DNA of 64,000 bases, taken from assembly GCA_964036045.1 (NCBI GenBank), contig OZ038378.1, positions 15,066,001-15,130,000 on the forward strand, in the 5' to 3' direction. The notes under the pieces are model-generated. The model was not told the DNA's origin and searched no databases. It saw only the letters and a program-made list of their open reading frames with translations. Made by a program: the position numbers and the translations under genes. Of this stretch, positions 23,023 through 35,900 are shown piece by piece (position 1 is the first letter of the stretch; every line of letters begins with the position of its first letter). This DNA is from Eutreptiella sp. 'Long Island Sound 2002'. Its lineage: Eukaryota > Protista > Euglenida.

Positions 23023-23494
23023 CTGCTGAGGTTGCAGTGGCATGGACGGCGTCCTTGACGTGCCCCGTGATCTCTACTACATCCGTAAATGCACTGCGCT
23101 CTGCGAACCCCTCCTGCCCCAGCTCCTCCCGCAAGGGCTCGAAGAACGCGGTGATCGCTGCCCTGGCCTTCGTGGCTACCCCCTTTGACACCTGCTGCAC
23201 CGTCGGTTGGGCAGAGCAAGTGACGTCGACACAGTCCAGAGGAAGACCGCGGGCCTCCCTGTCGAGCTGCATGTACACTTCCAGGACCGACCGTACCTGC
23301 CCACAGCCACGTTCCTGCGCCCACTGCAGCGCCGTACGGCCATCCGCCGCCCGCAGATTCACGTTTGCCTTCCGCTGCACAAGATATCCCACCATTGCAG
23401 CGTTGTCAGCGTCGGCGGCATAATGCAGTGGTGTCCAGTCGTAGAACTTGGTGTTGGCGCTGTTGACGTCGGTACCGTCCTCTTCTATGGCCCC
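23023..23494 (-). CDS. Ankyrin-repeat protein, exon 2
   Basis: Acceptor TCCCAG|GGG; GTDVNSANTKFYDWTPLHYAADADNAAMVGYLVQRKANVNLRAADGRTALQWA has two ANK repeats; donor G|GTTCCC at 23022. Confidence 0.85.
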
Positions 23495-23691
23495 CTGGGA
23501 CAGTAAGTGAGGCAATCTTAGTAGTAGGCCACAAGGGAAGGGAAACACCAGCAACGCACGCCAAACAAATGTACGATTGACTGAAAACAAGACACCCAAT
23601 CCTTGGCCAAAACGATAAATAGCCGAGAATGTACTTTGCATCCCTAGGCTGCTGTGCTCATTACTGATATCCGGCACACACCAAGGCATGT

Positions 23692-23723
<32 letters not shown>

Positions 23724-23730
<7 letters not shown>

Positions 23731-24993
23731 GCAACAATGCATAATGAAACAAGACTCGGGTGTATGGGGCGCAGACTCTGGGTCCAGGGAATGCAGTTCT
23801 GGGCCTTGATTCTAGCATGGATTCAAGCATTCACATCAACGAGTGAAAAGAATGATCATTGACACAAGTGCAAAGTGAAGTAAACAAAAGAAAGGACCAC
23901 GAGTAGAAAAAGGTAGTGTATAGACGAACGGTGCTCGGGACTTGCTACAACCTGCATCCCGCGAAGTTATCCCTCTCCATCAGCGAGCACCTTGGTGTGA
24001 CGTCTCACTGACATCGCTGACTTCATTGAAGGGCAAGTCGCTGCACCAAGGGTCCATTCGCCGCATACAACACAGTGCCATACCACTCCGGGGTATCATA
24101 CATAAGGTAGCCAAAAATGTTCCTACACACGTACCCCGGATGGTAACGTATGCAACAAAGACCAAAACGAATGAGGGAACCAATCAGCAAGGAGGAAGAA
24201 CCACGCTCCATTTGTGAGGGAACGAAGACATGGCAGGGCTTGTGGAGAGGTAGAAACAAAGAACAGAGACTCAACCAACTAAGGAAAACACAGGTGCAGC
24301 AGCAGCGAGCATTTGCTCCCGTGTACACGAGCAGTAACCGGCTCTCAGAGAGAGCTTACGGGTGTCTTGGAGCTCCTGTTACCACCCACATGCGAGAAAG
24401 CACATGCACTTACCACCCAACTTTTACACACTCGTGACATACAACAAAGTTGCCGTCCCTAACAAAAACAGCCCCCACAACCGGCACGCAGAGAGAGCTA
24501 ACGGGTTTCTTGGTGCTCCTGAAGTGGGGCGTCATGTGAGAGTTCAATAAGATGAATCTTGCGGTGTAGGCGAAGAATACTAATCGCTGCACAAGATATA
24601 CACAATGCAACAATGCATAATGAAACAAGACTCGGGTGTATGGGGCGCAGACTCTGGGTCCAGGGAATGCAGTTCTGGGCCTTGATTCTAGCATGGATTC
24701 AAGCATTCACATCAACGAGTGAAAAGAATGATCATTGACACAAGTGCAAAGTGAAGTAAACAAAAGAAAGGACCACGAGTAGAAAAAGGTATAGACGAAC
24801 GGTGCTCGGGACTTGCTACAACCTGCATCCCGCGAAGTTATCCCTCTCCATCAGCGAGCACCTTGGTGTGACGTCTCACTGACATCGCTGACTTCATTGA
24901 AGGGCAAGTCGCTGCACCAAGGGTCCATTCGCCGCATACAACACAGTGCCATACCACTCCGGGGTATCATACATAAGGTAGCCAAAAATGTTC

Positions 24994-25001
<8 letters not shown>
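23724..25001. repeat. Near-identical ~405-bp direct duplication (23724-24130 and 24600-25001) inside the ankyrin gene intron 1
   Basis: The copies look identical except for a 5-bp indel (GTGTA); flanked by (CA)n tracts at 23695-23728 and 24995-25031. Confidence 0.95.
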
Positions 25002-25035
<34 letters not shown>

Positions 25036-26259
25036 GTACATATACACAAAGAGAGATGAAGAATGACCCGCATGGTCACCTATTCCTCCATTCATTCATT
25101 CATTCAGTCATTCATTCTGTGGCGGCTTAGGCCCCCGCCTGGGCAAGTCCATGATAGTTCAGCAAATTGGCAAAAGGACACACAGTATGTACAAGAAAAA
25201 GATAATCAGAAAACGAAAAATGCACAAAGATCATGCTTTAGTATAAAGAAAAACCCTTTGGTCATGTTGTGTGTGCAGAAGCTGGGTATTGGTCAGTGAA
25301 TGGTCTGGTTGTCCACTGAAGTGAAGAGTGTATGTGACTTGGTAGATGTCAAAAAGTCTTCCAAAGTTTTCAGGGAGTTGTGCAGAGGTCCCCTATGGTG
25401 GTATCATGGTGGAACTCTGACACGTTTCGCCATGGCCCCAAGTCCAACGGAGGCTGATGGTCACCGAGCTGTTGTCTTGTGCTACAATCCATGGTACCAG
25501 CTTTGGTGCAAAAAACCCTAACCTTATGCAATACGGCAATGTGCAGCGAACACAATGTGGAGGGTAGAGTTATGGGATGTGGCGACAAGTTGCGGTATAT
25601 GCCACTCAAATGTAGACTGGAGGGGACCGTCCCACACATTAGGGTTGAAGTATGGAGGGACTGCAGTCACCCCTTTGAGGGTCAAAGGACAGGGTTGTTC
25701 GCGTGCACATCACAACACATTCACCCCAGTGGAAAAATTGGCCCTCGGTAAAATATGTCTTGAAAGCACCACCAAGTCACGCACTCTGGGATGGATGGAG
25801 GCCGGGATGTTGCAAAAGCTACCAAGTGTTTGTTACCATGTACCGGTAAAAAGTACAGCCAACATGTCATCCGTCAGGTGTACATAAGACAATGTTTCGG
25901 CATTTGTTCCAAATGAATGGGTGGGTCCTAAAACTGGATATCAAAGGTGTGCCCTTTGAAGGTTTTCTGAGCGCACAGTTGATTTTTTTTGCACTTGGGC
26001 GCTAGTCTAGGAAACTCATTTCATCGGGCGCCCAAAACTGGTCTTGAACGATGGGACCTAAGTGCGAAGCCACCTATTGCATTGTTCTCAACTCCAACAC
26101 TCACTTTCCCAAAGATTGCATGGGTAACCCAAAGATACCCATTGGTTTGACAACTCAGTTATAATCGGCTGGTTTGAGCAGTCCTACAAGCTAGTATGTA
26201 CCTCTCGAAACAACGTGTTTCAGTCGAATATTCCTTTGGCTACAGGTACGCATTTCATA

Positions 26260-26800
26260 AAGTCCGGTCTTCCGGTCTGCCCGGTCTTCCCGTTTCGCGC
26301 AGTTTATTCTAGCAAAACTTCTACTTTACGCCGGTTTACGCAGTTTATGCAGTTTATGCAGACCGAACAGTTTATGCAGTTTATGCGGTTCGTTTTAGTT
26401 TACCAGAAGACCGGTCCAGACCGGTCCAGACCGGTCCTTGAACAAACCGCGTAAAACGATCTAAACGGGCCGGTCCGATCATTTCAAGCAGTTTATGCAG
26501 TTTATGCAGTTCACATCAAAAACAGGTATAAACAGGTCGAACCGGTCGGACCGCCCAGTTTAGCGCGTTTTATGCAGTTTGTTCAAAGACCGGTCCGGAC
26601 CGGTCCGGTCTGGTCTTTACACGAAGTGAAATGAACGGTTCGGTCCGGTCGGTTCGATCAGTTCGTCTCGTTTTATGCAGTTGGCGCAGAAGAAGTAAAA
26701 ACCTTGTAATCCTTGTATCCCTTTTTCGTTTGAGTTCGTTTGAGTTGGTACAAAGACCGGTCTAGACCGGTCTTGTGATCTGCCAAACTGGTCTACATGC
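26260..26800. repeat. Array of short motifs (GCAGTTTATGC; GACCGGTCC) in both orientations; probable non-autonomous DNA transposon
   Basis: Many TTTATGCAG and ACCGGT-core copies; no coding signal. Confidence 0.6.
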
Positions 26801-27141
26801 AAAACTCTAATCCTTCGTTGAATCATCAAAAAACACCAAAACCACAAGATCCGCCACATGCAAATACCCCTGACCCAACTTTTCACACAAAAGTCACAAT
26901 TTGCACAAAAATCCAGACCGGACAAGACCGTTGTGCTAGTAGCCAAAGGAATATGCGCGATGCTACTGTGGGATTCAGATCCAGGGCCACATCATTCAAT
27001 CGGCACCACGAAGCATTTGTTTTACACAACTATTTTTTGAATGTGCACTCCTGAAGTGTATGATTGAAGTATTGTGATGCGTATCCCACTTGAACACATC
27101 CTCGATGGGGATCGCTCCAAACCCTAAATTAGGCACCTTAC

Positions 27142-27210
27142 CAACTTGGTCTACGAGGCACTCCCTTCCTTTGGCAACTTGGTCTACGAGGCACTCCCTT
27201 CCTTTGGCAA
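27142..27210. repeat. 33-bp tandem duplication
   Basis: CAACTTGGTCTACGAGGCACTCCCTTCCTTTGG x2. Confidence 0.95.
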
Positions 27211-28140
27211 TGCTGAAGAAGATGAGCCCCCTCGTACCTCTGTTTTTGTATTGTTCTCATAGCACATTCGACCACTTAAGACACCATCCTTGGGTAGTTC
27301 CAAATACGCATTGTCAATATCCCATCGTCTGTGGACTAAATCTATAAAATCCCTTGCACCGTGCAAGGTTGGGGTTATCTTTGCGTGGACAAGACTTTGC
27401 AACAAATTTACGTTTACAGTATTCCATGCGAAAAGCACACTCGTGCAAACGTGCTGAATGTAGGTGTTTGCTCCCTTTATTTAACCGGAGAAAAGGGGGG
27501 CTATAGAATGAGAGGCGTCCCATGGGTTCCAAAACACCTCCAACTTGTTTTCACATTCTCGTTCGTGTGTTGGTATCACGGAACTCAAATGGCATGTGAG
27601 GGTAGCGTATGATGTTTTGTCTTCGGGTGGCGTCTGTCTGCAGTCCTACAAATCTTGCGTACAAATGTCCCAATCGGCAAAGTTTCCACATCTCACCATC
27701 ATTGACCCAAGTAGTTCTAGGGGTGTAACAGGAAGGGGTGGGAGAGCAGACGATGCAAGCAGGTGGACATGGAGGCTCTACATTTTGCCATTCGACTCAT
27801 GGCTCGGTGTCCTACATTGTGCGTGCCACTACTAGCGGTCGGACCACGACTAGGTCGGTGGATGCACCCAAGGAGATGAAGGAAATATTAAATTGACTTT
27901 GAAAACTCCGCAAGTTCGCTACACGTCGACTGGTGGGGGCCCTCTCTCCTTGGCACATGAAGACGTAAGCAAAAGAAAGAAAGACCACAACTTGGTTTCT
28001 GTGCAGCGAGTACAGGCGAAACCAAAAAATGACGACTAGAAATTTCGTTGGTGCCAAGATGACAGAATGCAATCGTCCAACGCAACCTAAAGTAACGCAC
28101 ATCAATTCCGCGTTAATGACCCAAGCTTTGGAGAAGACAC

Positions 28141-28296
28141 CTGGATCGACTCGAAATCACCGGCTTTGCATGATTCAAAGAAAAGGTCCATCTTGGTCTT
28201 GGGCACTGGTTGAGAAAGAGTCTCGCCATATCTTTGAAAAGAATAAATCATCAACCCTACGCACAAGACAACACACAAAGGGATCATGGGCCCCAT
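28141..28296 (-). CDS. Ankyrin-repeat protein, exon 1 (signal anchor + start of first ANK repeat)
   Basis: MGPMIPLCVVLCVGLMIYSF...KMDLFFESCKAGDFESIQ ends CAG|GT at 28141|28140 in phase 0, matching the phase-0 acceptor at 23494. The exact start (28296 or 28287) is uncertain. Confidence 0.7.
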
Positions 28297-30017
28297 CGGT
28301 TTCGTCGTGTTCGAGTTGTGTTGCTTGTGACTTATGTGGACGTGCACCATCTAAGACTTTGGGTGATGGTCTTCCGGTTGTCCTCCACAATGGTCCTACA
28401 CACGTTGGGGTTGCCCATTGCTATGGAATGCATTGTTGGGCGATAATTTCATAGTGGCGACATTTGCATCATGGCGTGTTGCGCCATTCGTGTGTACAAA
28501 ATGTGTACACAATGCAAAGCAAGCAAGCACGGACCAAGCAGTGTCAATGAAGCATAATTTGTAGAACGGTAAAAGGCTTTGGGACGGGATATGAGTTGCA
28601 CATTGTTCAAATGAGCTTTCAAGTCCAACTGCTTATGATCTACCTAGAGTGAGAATTTTGTAAACAATCTTGGCGAGCACACAAGAGCAAGCTCTCAAAT
28701 GATAACCGGCATGTCGTGATGGATTGGAAGTGAAAAATTGAGCCGTCGGCATGTGCTTGGCGGTATTCATTCCTTGGATGGCTAGTACATTGGTTTTCGT
28801 AGGGAGGTACACAGGCAGTTGGTGTGAAACATTGGTGCTCGTAACTCAATATTTGGTTTGGCTTAGTCAAATCTTAACACAAACTTCCCGACATAAGTTG
28901 CTGCGCTTTGATTCTCAAGCAACTCACATTTGCACAGCAAGTGCCCATGACCACTATGGCCCTTTATTCACCACCCTTACGCCTACAATGGGCAAGTATC
29001 AAACACAATGGAAGCGTGCACAACAATAGCTTAAGAAATCCGCAACACATTGATTCGTTGAAGAAATGAAACCAGCAACCAAAAGCGATGACCCATACCT
29101 CTACTCGTGGCTGAGAAGAATATCACAGCATCGCAACAAACAACTACTCCAGCTGAGCACACAGCCAATTGCTTTGCTTTGTGATAATTTCGGCCTGTGT
29201 GGTACTCAAGGCACAAAGGAGCCTCATGCATTGTGCCTTGGTCAACCCCCAATGCTTCGTGTGCTCTTGTAGGAGACACACGGGTGGAGTAGCCGAGTTG
29301 CCATTAGAACATGTGTGCACATGCGCAACAGTGTCAAAATCGCATGTCTACTTGTGTGTGGAAGGTGAACGTTTGTGCGACGTGTACCCGCCCAATTCCT
29401 AGCATGCTTCGGTCGCACGCACCCATAGCATCCAAGTATTATGTAATCTTGAAGTGGACCAAGGGCGCACGTAGGGCACAAGGAAGGCTAGTAAGAAATG
29501 CATTTGACCCAGATGATCCTAGCTTCGCATACTTCACATAATTTGGCACCCATCGGTCGAAGGAAGGCCGCAGGCAGTGAGCGTTGTGCAAGCTCCCCAA
29601 CCGGTGCTGGTCATGCATGCATCTTGTGTAGAAACCAAGTATTTTGTGTTCTTGGCAACATCATCAACCTCACATCTAAGGGTTGTTCGGGAAGACGCGG
29701 CAAAACACTCATATGTGATTAAAGATTGTGTGACAAGAGTTGGAAACTCTCTTGTGATTGTTGCGACTCAATACAACTCAAAAGCAAAGGCTCAAAAGCC
29801 ACATTTCGCGAATGGATTGTCCCTTTTTGCTACTTCCAAAGATAACCTCATGCTTCGAACATTGCACTGTGCCCGTGTCGCTTGTAATTCCAACTCACGG
29901 ATCCCAATTTGTTCGCCCAATGGTTGACGTCAACACCATCGTGCGTGTTGAATGTCCGGTGTAATTCAATCATCTAGATAGCCCAATCCGCTTTTCATGC
30001 AGTAGTGTTGTCCACTC

Positions 30018-30107
30018 ATGTCACACACGGAAGAACCACGGTTTGTTCGCCACTCCAATAGGGAGGAAACCGCAAAGTTAGAGCGCATTTTGAGGGATGA
30101 GCTCACG
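30018..30107 (+). CDS. Putative first coding exon of the C2-domain gene
   Basis: ATG at 30018, 30 open codons (MSHTEEPRFVRHSNREETAKLERILRDELT), then a consensus donor GTAAGT at 30108 in phase 0, compatible with acceptors at 31091 or 31100. Confidence 0.5.
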
Positions 30108-31090
30108 GTAAGTACACGAATGTCGGTGTTTCAAATAATTTGTGGCTCATAGTTTTGAGTGGATTTGTGGACTCCACTTAAGTTCATAGCACCAACAACT
30201 TAGGGTACGACGGACAATATTCAAGAGTGCGTTTTCTTGAAACCATTTCATAAGTACCTTGGGTCGAACTTGAGGTGATTTCATTTGAGCCCTTATTTAC
30301 ACGCATGCATTTGTTGTTGCCCTTTGGATTGTCCAAATACTTTTTGTTTTCCTCTCAAAAAGGGTCTTGTGTGGAGGCATCAAGTCTCTAGTGTTTCCAC
30401 TCGTAACTATGCCGGGCGGAGCACATCAAACAGCACTTGCTGGCACCATAAGTGTGGAAGCGTAAAGAAGGGTGTGCAGGGATGGATTCATGCACAATAT
30501 GTCCCCTTAGAGCTGAGGCGTCCAGCTACACCATGTTCCTGTCGCGGGTGCTCTCAGTGCTCCTCGCACAAGCATCAATTTTTAATTGCAAGTGATGCTT
30601 TCGAACTGGAACTGATGGCAGGCATATTCTTGCACCTGGGGTGGCATCCCTGCAGGCCAAGCCCTCAATTGAGCACTCCTTCGTACCCTTCTGCCAAATT
30701 CCGAGATTCGGTTAAGGGTGAAAAGGGGTCATATTTTCCTTGTGAACCATGCCGCGAAGCACTGGCACAAAGGGCTTCCGACACGCAGGCATACTGGTAC
30801 TTGCGAATCAAGGCCAGTGGCTTGAAACTTGCCAGACCCGTGAGCCGTGAGCCGTGAGGGACCACGGTCATAATTTTCTTAAAATCACGCCAAAATTTCT
30901 GCGGCCCCAACCTTCCTTCTGTTCACGGCTTGATGGATGAGTGCAGAATCCACAACTGGACTGTCGATGGGTTTTGAAGTACAGGGCCAAGTAGTTTCTG
31001 AAACATGCAGCACGCTGCCTCTGACTGCGATGACCTGCTCGTTGACTCGCATGTTGTGCGCAGCCGCTCTTGGGCATGAAAGAAATACAG

Positions 31091-31711
31091 TCGCCGCAGT
31101 TGTCTGTCACCGTTGCAAATGCACAAGACCTTCGATGGGAGCAACGTGAAATTCTTGTCACTCTGGGTCAACAAACCCGGCAGCTGTCAAAAGATGAAGA
31201 TCCACTTCGTTTCGACTTCACAAATCCACTAGATGTGCTGGAAGTTGTATTGAAGGACACCCGCGATCCCACCAGCTTTGGAATATGCGTGCTTCCTGTC
31301 GATCGCTTCAAAAGAAATGTGGTGAACGATTTTGTTGCATCCCTAATACGGTACAACCTAATCGAGGGCAACGTGCAATCTTCTTGCATGCTGAAGCTGC
31401 ACCTCAAAGTGACAATCACGGGGCTCGAACTTGCAAAATTTATAAACGTCGGATGCGATTCGTTGAGGGAGAGTCCACAAGCAGAAATCCAGTGTGAAAC
31501 CATAAAGGACGTCCACATTAGACTATGGAGACACTCAACCAGTTTGCCCCTTGAGTATGAAACCTTCGAGGTCAACGAGGACGATTTCAGTGAGTGGCCT
31601 GTTCATGCATACATGAAGTCCGTGAACAACCACGAGAGGAGTTCCTGCTCAGAAACGAGCTCCGACATATTGCAATCTGCAAGTCCAAAAGCCGCAGGGG
31701 AGGGAGAGGAG
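31091..31711 (+). CDS. C2-domain-containing protein, exon
   Basis: QLSVTVANAQDL...LRFDFTNPLDVLEVVLKD...FGICVLPV is a C2-like beta-sandwich pattern; donor GAG|GTATGG at 31712. Confidence 0.75.
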
Positions 31712-32045
31712 GTATGGTTCGCATTTTTTTTATAACTCATGGTTGGGTTTTTTGCGCTTTTCGCAACGTTCGTGTGCACGATGCAAAGCACTCCCTGATC
31801 AATACTTTACCGTGGGTCCAAAGGAGGTCCACAGAGCAAGGCCTGTTCAAGTTTTTCAGTTTTTGTTGCCCCTGATTCTCTTGGTCCGTGCGGTTCACGA
31901 CTTTGGATTCCGGCCTCCCTTCAGAAGTTTGCGAGAATTTCAGCAACAGCGGGGAGTGTTTGCTCTGTGTGTATGAGGCACCGAGACCGCTGAAACGCAA
32001 CACATTTACAGCACTTAACACACTGCTCTCGCTTTGCGCATCCAG

Positions 32046-32175
32046 CTGGACTCCAAGTTCAAGTCCCAACTGCACGGCGTGATAGCCTCCGCCAGGAACT
32101 TGCCAAACGACACTGCTGGAAGTTCATCAAGTTCCGAAAGAGACCCCCTGTCATGGGGAAGCAAGGTGTTCGAAG
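32046..32175 (+). CDS. C2-domain gene, next exon
   Basis: Phase-0 acceptor CATCCAG|CTG; phase-1 donor G|GTATAC at 32176, matching the phase-1 acceptor at 32370. Confidence 0.6.
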
Positions 32176-32369
32176 GTATACAGTGTCCCCCTATTTTCCG
32201 CGTGGTTCTTCGGATGGTCAACCAAAGCTTGCGTTTGTGAGTGCGGTATGTTCCGCCGCCTGACTGCAGACCGTAGAAGGGGGGGTCCCGCCCAGACCCC
32301 CCCTCTTTTCCCTCTCCTCATGCTTGATGCCCTGTGCACTCCCTTTGCCCGTCTTTCCTCGATCTACAG

Positions 32370-32929
32370 AGAAAACTGCATCCAAGCCGTGCCTTTTTGT
32401 GGAGTCGGACTTGTTGCCATCGCCCAGGCTTCCACACGAGAACTTCCACACTCCACGTGCAGCACTTCGCAAGCGCAGGCAAACGCTACCCGACTCTCTT
32501 GACTTATCGGTCTTTGCGCCAGCGGCGACCGATACAGTGATCGTTTCGGCGCCAACCGTTGCACTTTCTCGCAAACGCAGGCACTCGCTGCCGAAACTTT
32601 TCGAGGCTTCAGCTTTGTCCCCGACGCACGAGCCCACCGCAGCTTCGCTACAGGCAGCCCCAGCCCCTCCCGCAGTCCCCAACCCTCCTGACTTTTCCCC
32701 CAAACCCATGATGTACCGGCGCCGAATGTCGCTGCCGGGGAAAAAGCCTCTGCCAGGGAAATTCCCAGAGCCTGCTCTGGACAGCAATTTGCCGTCGCGC
32801 AAGGTTGGGCAGCCAAGGAGCAGTGCTCGGGTGTCCTCTGAGGCCAGGCAGGGATCATTCAGCTCCTCTCACTCAAACGCAGGCCTCTCTAGATCGGATG
32901 ACGATCAAGGACACGTGGCAGGGCCTGAG
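32370..32929 (+). CDS. C2-domain gene, low-complexity Ser/Pro/Arg-rich exon
   Basis: Acceptor CTACAG|AG after a pyrimidine tract; open frame; donor GAG|GTATGT at 32930. The 3' end of the gene was not resolved. Confidence 0.65.
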
Positions 32930-35900
32930 GTATGTCTTTGTGCCAATGTTCTTTCACACTCCACTGCGCTTTCATTTCACTGCTGTCAGGCCCTAAATGC
33001 TTTGGTACGGGGCAACCCACCACCCAAGCATGGGTCTGATGGTCTGTGTAAGGCTTCACAGTGCTGCCAGCAGGGTGTTCACCCAACTAAACGTTGGCCA
33101 AAAGAGAAACCAACCAACCACACGCACACAGCTGGTCCTTTTTTTCTTTCTTGTGATCGTGTTAGTGATGAGGATGCAGTTGACAACATCGATGCTCAGG
33201 AAGACCTGTGTACTCGCAATAGAAAGAGAATGTGTTTATTTTGTGCCGCTGGATTTTCTTCTGTGCGCGCATTTCTCTGAAGCCAACCACCCCTTCCCCC
33301 CCATTTGAAATCGAGCACATGTGTGGGGATTCGTTGAAACTGTGGTGTTGAAAGCACCCCAAAATGCTTTTCCACAAATGGGGGGCGCTAAATTTTTTCC
33401 CCTGCTCATTGTGCAGACTCAAAAATGCGAAGTCCTCTTTGCGGGATGCAACCATGCATGAAAAACTAAACAAGCAATTTGACTTCTGAATCTAATTCAC
33501 TGGCGGAAGCCCAAGGAAGACGCATAGGTGGACTCCTTATTCATTGTTCATGGAAGGATGAGAGGAGTGAAAATGCAAATGAACTGGAAGAGGTGAAGAG
33601 TTGCCAGGGCCACACATAATACCATGTGGGTTGTCGCTACATATCCCCTGGAGGGACCCAAACCTTGAGCTGGGACAAACCCATCATTTGTGCACCACTG
33701 GTAGGTGAAATGCAGCCCGGAAGTAAAAATGGAATTGTTCATGACTACAAAATGGTGCTCAACAGGCGTCATTCTTACACGAACACAAGAGCACATGGAA
33801 TTGCAGCTACACCCACACCTTGACAGCCAATGGGACCGCTTCCGCAGCTTTCACAGGGCTACAAATCACAATTTCGTAATACTGGTTCCCAAAAAAAAAG
33901 CAAAAAAAGTGCAGAAACACGGGGTCACCATGTTAGGAGAAGGGCATGCTTGCGCAAAAGGGGGGGGGGTACCCGGTGTTGTGGCTACATATTCCTTGCC
34001 ATGTCAGGGATACACCCATTAAAAATGTGGATTCATGGCTACATATCCTGCTGTATAGGGGTGACACCCATCAAGAAATAGATGATGAAGACCAAGTGCA
34101 CTCCTGAAAGGCGCCAATATGGAAGGCCATGGTTGGACACTGCCAACTGCAGTTGGAAGGGGTTGTGTCCCCATTTTCTTACTTTGCAGGGCTAAGGGTG
34201 CTCAAGGTCACAGGACGGGCTGAGGGTGCAGCAATGTTTTGGTTGGTGGTCTTGGTCCACGGCCACATATTTCAGCTTGCCCTCCCATGGTCACCAGCCT
34301 CTTTCGAAGCCACAGCAAAAAGAAGAGTGCATCAAATCAATGCACTATGTGTGATGAGCACCCATAACACTACCTTACTGTGTTTCCCCCGTTGTTCTTG
34401 GTCATCCTACTGTGACCCACCACAGCTAATGGAAACAGCAATTTCCAATCCAAAAGCAAATTAAATACTCAAACACTCAAAAAGCATAGTAGAAGCAGCA
34501 ATGACCCAAAATCGAAACCCAACTCGCAGCCACCTCAAAACAAATACCCCGCTCCCATTCAGAAGGGCCCTAGTTAATGAGGTCATTCCCTGTGGCTTGG
34601 TGTGCAGGCGGGAAACCAAACAATTGTGGTGCCTGTCTAAGTCCGTTGCCTAATTTTCCATCATCTGGTTGATGTCGGCGAGGCATGTTGTATGTTTTGG
34701 GTGGAGCGCCACCAGACCCCCCTTCCCCATGACTACTAAATCACCTCGAAGAGGATTGTTAGATCAATCAAGCGTAGGTGCGGGCGCCGTATACCCCTCC
34801 TTTGGGGATCATTCGCCCACCAAAATGGCCCCGCATGCCACCCCCAAAGTCATGAAGTTAGCGGTTGGGGCTTTGTCACGGTGTCTTCATGAACGGGATC
34901 CCCAACTCTCGTTTTGCATTCCATTAGGGGTGTGGATGATGAGATTGAATATGTGGTATTTGTAATATGGTGTGCAAGTGATTTTGGACAGGATTGCCGT
35001 GGTGAAAAAGACAAGACACAATATCATTTCGATGATTGGATCTGAGTGGTTGTGTATTTCCTGACTCAACTCCTGCAATTTGCTTGGAGTGCCAGACCCA
35101 AGGGCCTGCCAGAAGAGTCTTTCTACTAACCTTTCCCACAAGCGTGCCACTTTCTTGGAGCAGTGTAGGATGGGGGGCAATAAAGGCTACATACGCAGGG
35201 GAGGGGGGAGGAGGGTAAAAAAATTCTATTGCCTTGAGCAAGGCACCTTGAAGAGGGTGCTAGAACACTAAGAGTCGCCCAACACAGAATCTAATGCTGA
35301 AGATGCAAACACTGCATCCGCTGGCAATATTTGTTTTTAAAATGTGAGGTGCCTCAAAATTGATGATTGGTGAGGGATGCAGTTGTTGTGGCACACGCTG
35401 CCACACCCAGCCTTGACACAGCGTAAATCATAAGTGGTGGATAATGTCCTTCTGCCCCGCCCCTCCATGACCCCTTCCCCAGTTGGACGGCTCCTAATTC
35501 GCTGCACTGCACTTTGGTGCCACTGCTCAACCCCATGCATCTGACAGTCTGCAAGTGTGTTCGTCGCCAATTATTCTGCCGCTTCCGCCTGAAAAAGCGC
35601 GGGCCACAAATCCTTTCCACCCTGATTCACAGATGAACTCTGCATCACAGCCCCAGGAAGAAGAGCTGGTGGATATAAGTAACGAGTTGTGCAAATGCAC
35701 AAGTGGAAGTACTATGGGCCCTTTGGATGCCAACATCGGAGGTATTGCTTCTCATGTGCCGTGTGCTGCTGAGCAGCATTAGGTAGCGTGAGGCCTTTGT
35801 CTTTTATGTCAAAATTTCAATTTTTCAAATGATTGCTTTTGTGTGGTGTTCCACAATTCCTTATATTCCTTACACATCCTCCTAGGTCGGCGGCACACCA

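Noticed and set aside
23960-24125. Extra ankyrin-gene exon inside the duplicated segment
   Set aside because: No frame gives compatible splice phases without stops, and exon 1 already joins exon 2 in phase.
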